DNA of 59,242 bases, counting the filler, from Platydemus manokwari (taxonomy: Eukaryota): NCBI GenBank assembly GCA_037951405.1. It is 5 parts of 5 records of this genome, joined end to end, with 100 filler letters (N's around TTAATTAATTAA, not from the genome) between each part and the next. Parts side by side here need not be neighbours in the genome. Positions count along the whole stretch, not along the records: positions 34,122 to 49,223 come from JBBMOY011349204.1; positions 49,324 to 59,242 come from JBBMOY011189323.1; 3 more parts are not named here. One strand, 5' to 3'. The translations under genes were made by a program, and so were the position numbers. Shown piece by piece: positions 39,432 to 50,077 of this stretch (position 1 is its first letter; each line of letters opens with the position of its first letter). The notes below the pieces were generated by a model, which worked only from the letters and a program-made list of their open reading frames with translations, was not told the DNA's origin and made no database searches.

Positions 39432-42400
39432 CTATTTCTTGAATTGCAATGATCCAGGTAGTCGAGATAGTACATTAGGGAGATGGGGGAAATGGTATTT
39501 ACAAATATCAGAAACAGCTTTCAATCCACTCATCATTGCTCCTTGAATAGTGCCGATACCGCCACAGTGAGTGTGTTCTCCAGCAAAGAAAAGTCGGGGC
39601 AATACCACTTGGGCCGAGTTTCCACTTCGTCGTTGGCGTTGATTGGAGTCCATTTCATGAACCGGTAATGGAATCGATAAATTTTCCACATCCGCCAAGC
39701 TAGCTCCTTCGGGAATATATGAGAATACACCTCGAGTATAAGGATCTCTCGCCCAACGGCAAACGTGAATCAAAGCAGGCTAAAAGGCATTGAGGCAGTG
39801 AGATGAAACAGCAAGTGATCACCATACCTCTGGGACTGTTATTTTACGTTTACGGAAAATGTCTTTCAAAGCAGCAAGTGCTCGTTTGCCCAGATCACTA
39901 TCATTGAGATCCGGTTGAGCCGAATGAACACTCGCTGCTTGTCCGCAAACAATGCCCACAACAGTCACATCGACTTGTTTGCTTTCTTCGACACCCGACG
40001 AATCATCGCTATCTTCTTCACTCACATCACGACCGTTTTCCTTCTTAGAAAAGGCGTAAAATTGCATAAAATCTCCTCTCTGATCACGATTCGATCTGAG
40101 TTGAGCAAATATTTTCATATTTGAAGAACCCCAAAACCGCTCTTTGAAGCATAGTACAACCTATTTTGGCAATATGATTATATAAAATGATCAATAACAT
40201 AACAAGAAACATTAAAATAATCATAAATATTCAATGAAATTAATTCTAAAATTTTCTCACAGCTTGAATACTCATTTTCAAAACTATAAATTTATTAATT
40301 TGTCTACTTCGAGAACCTGAAGATTCGGCTGAAAAAGTTTATATTTGAAAATTCGATATGAGAAGAAAATATTTCGATAAAAATTGAGTCAATCAATTCC
40401 ATAAATCAATTTTTAAAAAAATAATAAATCGATAACAGCATACGAAATTGCAATTATGGATTTCTTATAATGGGAGATAATAATAAAGAGTAATAAGAAA
40501 TTATAATAAAATAGAAAAAAAATGAGTCAGAAAATTATCAAATCAAATCCTCAAAATGTCATTTTAGTTTTATAAAATGATCAGTAGCGTTCGGTACGGA
40601 AAACATTTATTATAGTATATATATATATATATTTATTTATTATTTAAAAATATCTAAAAATGATCCAGATTAGTGCTGGAATTTGGGATTTACTCATATC
40701 AAGAGAATAAATTTTATCAGCATTAATAAAAATCATAAGTTCGTATAATAAATTCAATATCTGAATCAAGATATATGGAATACATAATGGAAAATAATTC
40801 ACAAATAGCACAAAACTTCCCTTAGCGATAACTAAAAATCAACGAATAATCTCGATGATTCTAACCTTATAAAGAAATCCAGTAAAATATTTATAAAATT
40901 TATCAATAAATAAATATTTAATTAAATATATTTATCCGCGTGTTTTGTGAGATTTCTATCGATTTTCGATATTTTCAATCAAAAATTTTTCATCAATTAT
41001 TTGTGAATATTTTGTTTTAATCGATATCTTAATCAGATATTAATAATAAATTTAATAATATATTTAATATCTGACATTGGTAACCTAAATATAATGGAAA
41101 AAAATTTTCAATTTAACCACAATTATAATCAATATACATTTATCTTACAAACTTACTTTATCAAATATGCCAAACCCCAGAGCATTGATAGATTTCACTT
41201 TCCATTCAGGAAGGGGTGGTATAAATTGTGGAGCATTTGTTCCGTTTGGATTATTAATACTTTCTTTTAAAACACCCAATGGAAAAGTAGAAATGACAAC
41301 GTCGGCATTGAAATAAACCGGATCCTCTTCACTGAGTGCAGTATTGATTGCAGTAATTTGGACGACTTGATAAAATAGAATAAATTAATTTATTGATCAT
41401 CATCCAGATATTAGTGATGAGGTCATAATTAATGACAATTAATCCTGATATATTTTTAGGTTTATTTTTATATTAAAATATCTTCTACAGAGTAAGCAAA
41501 GCTATTATTTTAATATTATCAATGAACCAATTCTATGACTACAATCAATAATTGCAGTCATCTGATTCAAATGATCGTAAGTCAAGAAATTGAAGAAGTT
41601 TTTTTGACAAAAAAATCGATCGATACACTTGACAATTTCAATATCAAATAATACTTTGCTTTCCAAACCTTTGGTCGAGATCTGAAAGAATCTTAAAAAT
41701 CAAAACCAACAAAATCATCTTCATTCACGGACTGACGAAATAAATATAAATAAAATTTTCAGAAAATCCAAAAATATTTCATTCAAATCAACATCTTAGA
41801 AATGTGAATAAAGTGAACTGGACATGTCCGGAATATGATTTCAATTTTTTGATCATGTTGAACAATAATCAATCGCATGTCTACCAGAAATCTCTACAAC
41901 AATCCACAACCCAATTTGACAAATAACAATTCGTTTTGCCAAGCAAGTATAGAAGTATATGGACAAGGATAATGATTGTTTCTCAATGTTTATGGAATTT
42001 TTAACCGATAAATGTGGAAAAGCCACCAATATTTGTAAAATTAATTAAACCTGATTTGATTGGTTGAGAAATTATTCTAAGAAAATAATCAATAAATTCC
42101 ATTCGTGTAACCTTGTGATCAAGATTTTCATAGATTTTGAAAATAAAATCTTATTTTTATGCATAATAATAAAATATAAATTATCATTTTTAAATCAATA
42201 AAATGGTGCCTATTATGAATCAATCAATAAAAATAAATAATGTTTAACAGTGTTTCCATCAATACAAAAATCGATACCTTCATTGGAATACATAATATCC
42301 CGAACAATTGTATTGTATTGGAATATATTATGTTTCTTGGTCAATGCCGTTGTTAATGCTTGGAAACCTTTCTTGATGAAAATCTCACTACCTGACGGAT

Positions 42401-42862
42401 CGACATTGTAAACACAACCACCGCCATGTCTCAGAGATAAATTATTCAAATGTGTGCCCATTTTTAATTCCAAATTCGCAAAAAACCAATCCATCAATTG
42501 CATATCATGTTGATCAAGTAACATCGAACTGAAAATTCATAATGAATGAAAATCGATCGATTACCATGAAATATGTCAGAACTCACGCTGGATCATAATC
42601 TTGGATTAATTTGATCATTTTGCGTATTTTAATGGCTTCATCGAAATATGGAGCACATTTCTTGAATGTTCGTCGATATTCACTGAGAGCCAGATTAACT
42701 TTCATTTGTTGTGCCGGATTTATTACAGTGACACGTTTTGTATCTACTCGATCAGCGACATCTTCCTCCTCGTTTGAAGTGTCGCCTCTGAAATCCGCCG
42801 ATACGACAATTGGTGAAGCACTAATAGATTCATTATTCAAATCATGGAGTTCCCTAAAATTT
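39432..42862 (-). CDS. KDM1A: Lysine-specific histone demethylase 1-like FAD amine oxidase (Tower plus C-terminal amine-oxidase half), 5'-partial
   Basis: Exons ~42862-42587 (acceptor uncertain; the frame is open to 42990), 42528-42278, 41365-41157, 40160-39828 and 39779-39432. Motifs: LMDWFFANLE, ADVVISTFPLGVLK, FIPPLPEWK, GFGIFDKVVLCF..FW, RWARDPYTRGVFSY, PRLFFAGEHT and GAMMSG. SWIRM and GxGxxG exons were not found. Confidence 0.88.
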
Positions 42863-45050
42863 CTGTACACAGTCACCATAGAAATGGATTCATAAAATGT
42901 TTCAGACAATGATTTATTAGATTGGTCTATTTTATAATTCGAAATGTATCCATAGAAATAATTTTTTTTCGTGATAACCAAGTCAATCATTTAGTTTTGT
43001 TATAATATGATTAATAAATATATGATTAATAAGCAATTATGTAGGAATTATGCTATCCGTTATAACGTGACAGTTATATAAAATCATATATTTGAATCAC
43101 ATATGATTCCTCAAAGGTGAATACAAATCTATGTATTTATTTTATAATTTTAATTAAAATAATGTACTTCCAGAAAAGAAACAAAACAAAAACAGAGAAT
43201 AACCACAATTCCAGTGCAGCAAATAGACCAGCATAACAAAAGTGGATTATCTTTGATAAAGAGTAGAACGATTTTATTCAATAAAACAAATAATTCATTG
43301 AATTTATAATGGAAAACAAATATTGCCGAGAGGAAAACTATAGTGATAATCGAAAATACCGGTTAGAAATATAAATTTCTACTCGGAATCGCATCAGATG
43401 GTTCCCGGCAGTTGAGAAAATAATTTAGGAAAAAAACAATTTCGATATTTTGCGAGGAAATTAAAATACGATTAAAGACATTGTTGATATCAGGACTGAA
43501 AAAAATAAATAAGTTCCCAGGGTAGTTTGAAAGAGAAATTTATTGAGGGAAAGAAAAATAGGAAACAAATTAACTCTTAATTAAATTACAGATATGTTTG
43601 TGTTTTTCATGGTTTTTATTAGCCATTAGAAATTATTATGAATCAAGATAATACCAATGTGTCCTGGGTTCAACTCTGATATTCACTTTTTTTCAGTGAT
43701 ATACTCTGTGATAATTTTTAATTTATTTTTCGTTACGCATTATTATTATGATGTGAAAATCAATTATGAAATATCACAACAAATTCTACCAATATCAAAC
43801 ACATATCAATTATTGCGAATCCCCCCCTCTGATCCCATGGGTTACACATTGAAATTGTAATAACAAAATCGAATACTCGAATGACACCGGAGAATTTTAA
43901 TTTTCTGAAAATATTGAGAGGTTTCAATTATATGTGGTCAAAATGAATTTGAAGAAAGCATAATATAATTCTTCGATTTTCATGATTTTTTTCCCTCGTC
44001 CCTTGAGTAATAGACGACACTAATGATTTTTACAACCTCAAAAAATGCGCTTGTAGTAGTCAAGAAAACCCATCTACAATTTAATTAGTTTTCTAAATTA
44101 AATTCTAATTTTCAACCGAAATACTCGTCCGGAAGAAGGACAGATTAATGAAAATCGGGATTTATGTTTAAGATGATGTTAAGATTAACAAATATATTGA
44201 TGAATTGAGTAGAAACAAGTTTGTTTGATGAGCAAATATGAAAATTATATTACAAATTATTCAAGCATCACTTTGATAGGGAAAATATTATTATTTTTTT
44301 TTCCAAATTATCGATTGATTAATTTTATATTTCCGATTTCACTAATCCTATCAATGTTGTCACAATAAAATTATGTTTGAAATTTCCTGTCCTTTGTTTT
44401 TATTATCGAGATAATTTTATAAAAAAAAACTTTGTCTAAATAATGTATCAACCTAATACCACAAACAGATTATATTGATCAAATAAAGGAATAATCCATA
44501 ACTCCAATTTTAATAATTCTATTTGTCAGTTTTTTGCATTTTGATGAATATCATTTGATTATTGATGTTTAGATTATAGTTAAACATGTTGATATTGGTG
44601 ATGTGTGTTTTACCAGAACTCTCTCTCTCCTTTAGCTATACTTGAAATAGATTTTAGAAAAAAATTTTTTTACTTTTTAGGAAGGGAAATAAAAAGTTAA
44701 CGGAATACAGTGAATTTCAATCAAAACGAGATTTTGTTTTGAAAATTCGGAATTTTTTTCAAATTTCTTTGAACTAATAATCGCTTTTATATTTGAAGAT
44801 TTGATGGAAATAGAACTCAAAAGAAATTTCAAGTTCTTCAATGATTTTTCGAAAAATATCTCTTTCTTTAAAATGTGACTGCCAATGTACGTAATTAGGT
44901 AATAATATATAAAATTTGAAAAAATCATTAAAGAAATTTGAGTTAATGAGATTTAATGCCAAATAAATTCAGATATAAGCATGAGCTTAGAAAAAACTTC
45001 ACTGCTAAATACCTAAAACATTTGCATTTTTATTGATTTTTTTTGCTATA

Positions 45051-45193
45051 CAGTATTTCTCTCCCCAACCGCCACATTTTTGGATGATAAAAGAATGAAA
45101 AGTTCATTTAAAAATTCTTCTTATAAAAAAAAAACTCTTAACCGCCACATTTTTACAATTCCCCAAAAGTGGAGGTTAGGAGAAGGAATACAG
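45051..45193. mobile_element. Tc1/mariner-pogo type MITE (143 bp), TA-flanked
   Basis: TA + CAGTATTTCTCTCCCCAACCGCCACATTTTTGG ... CCAAAAGTGGAGGTTAGGAGAAGGAATACAG + TA, forming imperfect TIRs of about 30 bp. There is an internal duplicate of AACCGCCACATTTTT. Confidence 0.65.
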
Positions 45194-45308
45194 TATTGAC
45201 TACTAATTGATAAGTTTATTTATTTAGACTTATTATTTATGTAATAATGTTTGATTTAGAATCTAGTAACTGATCGAATTTTTATCACAATACAAATAAT
45301 TACCCAAC

Positions 45309-45626
45309 CTTATATAGTCCAAAATATGCAGGCTGTATCCAGCCTTGTTCATGGAAATGTTTCAAAGCTGAAAATAATTATCGTTCGATAATTATCAGTG
45401 AAGAAGTAATATTACTTGTTTTATTATAACCGAGCTTATATATTTCATAAGCGGAAACTAAAACACAGCCAAACCATACAATGATACTAATGAACATTTC
45501 ATATTTTGGAAGCGGAGGAACATCGTAGTCTTTATTAGCTATTTTTTCTTCTTTCTAAAAATGACTTAACCAGACAACGTGAATTAAATTTGATAAAATT
45601 ACTTTTTCACCAATTTCGCTAGACAT
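45309..45626 (-). CDS. HHAT: Hedgehog acyltransferase (HHAT/rasp, MBOAT family)-like gene, first three exons only
   Basis: Exons 45626-45603, 45554-45416 and 45367-45309, with two 48-nt GT-AG introns, give MSSEIGEKKEEKIANKDYDVPPLPKYEMFISIIVWFGCVLVSAYEIYKLGYNKTTLKHFHEQGWIQPAYFGLYK. This resembles the HHAT N-terminus LPRWE..YSFYEVYKVS..LFGGLKK. The expected next exon (D..DFEW) was not found. Confidence 0.62.
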
Positions 45627-48289
45627 ACCAATTTAAAAAAGTTTATAAGATATAGCAATCAAAATATTTATTTGAATAATAATAAAAAAATCTTTTAAAT
45701 AATCTACGACATGAAGAAAGGAGAATTAAATTATTAAAACAACTTTAAATTTATCGTGCTTCATTTATTGCAGCTATGAAATAACTTGCACTAGTTGATT
45801 AGGATGCGTTCTTAGAAAAGGAATGTTATAATTAAAATTAATTTTATTAAAAATAATATTAAATTTTTGATATTGCATGTATTTTTGCAGTTGTTTATTT
45901 TAAAAATTCAAATGATTAATAAAATTTTAAATGTATTAGTAAATTGTCGGAATATACTTCGTTAAAATTCTAATAAAAACAATAATGAAACCACTAACTT
46001 AATAAGAATTGAAAAATGTAATAAAAAATTCAAAACTATTTCAAAATTATGAAGTAAGATAATAATAATTAGTATATAATAAGTAAATAATAATAATAAT
46101 AACATTAAAATAGTCCAACTATTACACAACCTTGTCATTTGAACCATTTTGATTAATTATTTAGTCCGTCATTATATCAGCAGGAAACTGATGTTTCATA
46201 ATTCTTTATCGATACGTTCATATAATTAAAAAGTTTTAATTTTTTGTGGATATGGTATTCATGCTATGTGTATACAATTCTGTATTTCTAAAAGATAGCA
46301 TACGTTCGATTGTTTACTTCATTAAACTATTTTAAAATGAATTAATTTTGATAAAAAGTGTCATGAAATAAATTCATTTTATAATCTATTCTTATCACTA
46401 TTAGAGCTGTTGAATAGAAAATTTAAGGCTTGTTTTAGACAAAGTAAACTTTATATTAGGTAACTATTTAGCTTATTCACAAAATAAATTTGAAAACTTT
46501 TATTACCTTTCATTTTGTTCTCGATTGACCATATAACAGTGAGTTTTCATTACATCTAATTTGTTGGGCTGTATGTGATGTTAAAAGTTGATTTATCAAC
46601 TCAACAGAGTGAGTTCCCTTGCTTTATTTAACGTGAAAGATCGTGAATAAATACGCCCAAATGTATTAAAAAACTTTATTTTTCGAAAAAAAACAAATTC
46701 ACAGAAAAATTTAATTCAAACGATTAGCTCACACTAAGAAATTTATACAACGAATAAGTAAGGTTATCTCACAGAGACCGTGAGAACCCAAAACTTGCAC
46801 CTTAAAAATTTATATAGATTTTAACAGATATAAATATGGCTCCAAAAGGAGATCCTTCAGAGTATGATTATAACTTTTTTAGATTTAAATTTCAATCGTA
46901 AAATTATTGATCTTTTACTTTCAGATACTCTTAGCGTTCCATTCAATTATCCCCTATTATATCGCTTCATCGAGATTTTTGAGAGTGAATTGTGATGGAA
47001 ATCCATCACCTTATATAGATGTTGAGATTCGGTACTTTGTACCTAGGATTTTCCATCACTCTTGTAAATTTTTAATCATTATTTTACCTTAAACTCTAAA
47101 TGTTTATATTTTTAAAAGTTCTAAATCTTAAGATTTTTATTAAATTGTCTGACCTTAAAAACTTTATTATTAAATAATTAACCTTCAAAATTAAATATTA
47201 AATTTCTTTTTCACTCTCTGTCTTGATTTATAAATACTAATATATATTTTTATATCCGTTTATACTAATATATTTTTTTTCATTCCTCATTTTAAAATCA
47301 TTTATTTTTACATATCAAAAATATTTATATATCATGAAAATTACATATAAAAAAATAATTACATATCATGAAAATTCTGTACAGATCAGAGATACATAGT
47401 TAAAAGAGTCAAATTATTAAATGATCAAGTTATCATCAATTATCATCACAGTTCTCAAATTTCAGTCCGAATTCTCGCCGTCATCAGGCATCCAAAGCTA
47501 CACTCCCAAGTTTCCCATTTTGGGTTTGTCTTCATGGGTTTAATAAAAATCTGTTTAACGGGTCTTTGTTGTATGGGAGGTGTTCTTGGTTTTTTAAGCA
47601 CGGGTTTACTGCGTTCTTTGGGTGATTTGCTCATGGATTTTTGGAGTGGCTGCTGTTGTTGTTGTTGCTGTTGCCTCCATTCACTATAGGATTTAAAGGG
47701 TACATGAAGTCTTTTCTTTTTCGCTCTCTTCACTATCTGAGTTGAGCACTAGACGTTCCATATTGTTTTTCCAACAAATTTAACTTTTGATTTGTATATT
47801 CAAACTGTCTAAGTTATTCTTAAGTGTTAGTAATTCATAATATATTTACTTGATTCATTTGTTTTATCTTCATCTTCCGTTTAATATATAGATAAGTTTA
47901 TAATTAGTATTATCAATGTCACTTGTAATGAAAGTGTAAATTAAAAGAATGTATTTAGGCAGTTTAAAGGAATAATGTATGGATGTATTGTGTGGATAAA
48001 TGGAAATAAAATAAATTAAATCCAAAATAATAACCCTTATAATTAATAAAACGTAGCATTTATATTAATAAATAAAACCAATTAAATTTATCCCATAATA
48101 AATCTGTCCATTGAAACAATATTGCAAATCAAATTATTTGATATCGTACTTAATAAGTTCTAATTATTGCGCAAAATATATTTATTTACAGAGAATATTT
48201 TAAAATATAATAAATTTATTACCAGAAAATATTTCTGTGTCACAATAAATGTATTATATAAAATATTCATGCAGTGCAGTAAATAATAC

Positions 48290-48490
48290 TCGTAGATGAT
48301 TTCTATAAATGGATCGTTGATGCCCATATGAAGCAGCAGTCTCACTTATCGCATGCACAATTGTTTAAAATCTGGAAAATACTTGCAATTAAGGAAGATC
48401 ATTCTGTTTCGGGGATCAGAATTCCATATAAGCTCAATATTCAACTGGAAGACTCAACAGTAAAATAATGTATTAGAAGAGCCCACCTAT
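48290..48490 (+). mobile_element. Gypsy RT relic homologous to 7100-7290
   Basis: Shares GATGCC, ATGCACAATTG and ACTGGAAGA..AACAGTAAAATA.TGTATT with the first relic; translation IQLEDSTVK*CIRRAHL. Confidence 0.4.
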
Positions 48491-49223
48491 TAAAAATAAT
48501 TAATAAATCAAGATAATAAAAATTAATTGAGTAAAATAAATGAAACAAATCCTTGTTAAAAATGTTTAAACAAAAATATGTAAATAAAATCAAAAGAAAA
48601 TAATTACTAAAATAAAATTATTATTTCTAAAAATAAAAATGAAAATAAAATAATAGCTAAAATAAGTAATAAAAATAATTATTAAAATATTTTCGTTTGT
48701 TTAAAAGAATTAAAATATTAAATTAGTAAATAATTTACGAAATAGAAAATTATCGATTAGCAGTTGACAGTGCAGGCCAACTCAGTGATAGGTAAATTTA
48801 CTGCAAACGTTGCAAGCAAAATTTGGTATATAAGAAATGATAATAAATAGTCGATTGTCAAAACAACGAAATCGACTGAACATAAGCCAAAACGAGAAGT
48901 TTTATACAGGTTATTTTTATTTAATTTTTGTTTAAAGATTGACATTAGAGAAAAGCTTTCCGAAATATTAGTATAATAATACAGAAAATTAATAGTTACT
49001 TGGGAATTGTATTTGTAGAAATTGATCGGTATTAAGCGCACGTAGTCGTAATTGGGAAAGCTAGTAATTTTGTATCACGGTAATATCTACGATAGTGGAA
49101 GTAATGCAGGGCGCATTTCCTCGGCCGGTAATTCTAGAATTGTATACTGTAGAATCCGACCCTACCCGAAACACTAAAACATAAAATACAGATAAATATA
49201 TATAAGAATAAAAAGAATTTTAA

Positions 49224-49323
49224 NNNNNNNNNNNNNNNNNNNNNNNNNNNNNNNNNNNNNNNNNNNNTTAATTAATTAANNNNNNNNNNNNNNNNNNNNN
49301 NNNNNNNNNNNNNNNNNNNNNNN
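49224..49323. other. Artificial contig linker
   Basis: Same N44-TTAATTAATTAA-N44 structure. Confidence 0.97.
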
Positions 49324-50077
49324 TATTCAGTATATATATATATATATCTATATTGTATTTTACATTTGATTTATTATGTTTATGACAATATAAGGGCATC
49401 AAATAAATCTTTAAAAAAATTATTGTTCTCACATGTCTGGTGGCGTTATATATAATATGCACCTTTGAAAAGAAAATTCGATTATCTTTCCTTTAATCCA
49501 CTATTTTGGAGGAAATAAGAAGGATTAAGAAATTTTTGATTTAATTTCGACAACAAGTAACAGTTTTTTTTAATTAAAAAATTTTATTTCAACATTATTT
49601 TTCTTTGAAAATATGATCTTCTGATTAAATTCTTCAATGTAAATTATGATGTATATTGTTATTGAGTTAAATTATTATTGTAGTTTGAACTATTTTTAAC
49701 TACTTATATTTATTCATTTTTTCTATTTATTATAATCTTCTTTATTATTATTATTATTAATATATTATATGGTGGATTGGCAATTTAAAATTTACTAATT
49801 TATATGACTAGTCCGTAGTTCTTTCTTCTCATCAGTATTGGATTAAACTTCAAATCACTAATTTAATAATCGCCATTTATTCGATACTTCACTATTATTA
49901 ACCAGGTAGCCGTGGATACATGTTGTAATTGCTTTCCATTTTAAGTTATCTTTAAATTATTATTATTAATTATTATTATTAGTATAACAACAATCTATTT
50001 ATAAAAAATGGTTTGTGTTTATATCTCAAATTATTTAAGTGATAAATTAATCCAATTTTTTTGAAATCCCACTTCAG

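Noticed and set aside
39483-40124. Plus-strand and alternate-frame ORFs overlapping the LSD1 exons (also 42611-42895, 1734-1940, 20402-20650, 21516-21725)
   Set aside because: Shadow frames of real exons.
49040-49140. Helitron 3' end (GC-rich patch followed by CTAG)
   Set aside because: No convincing hairpin and no matching 5' TC end or second copy.
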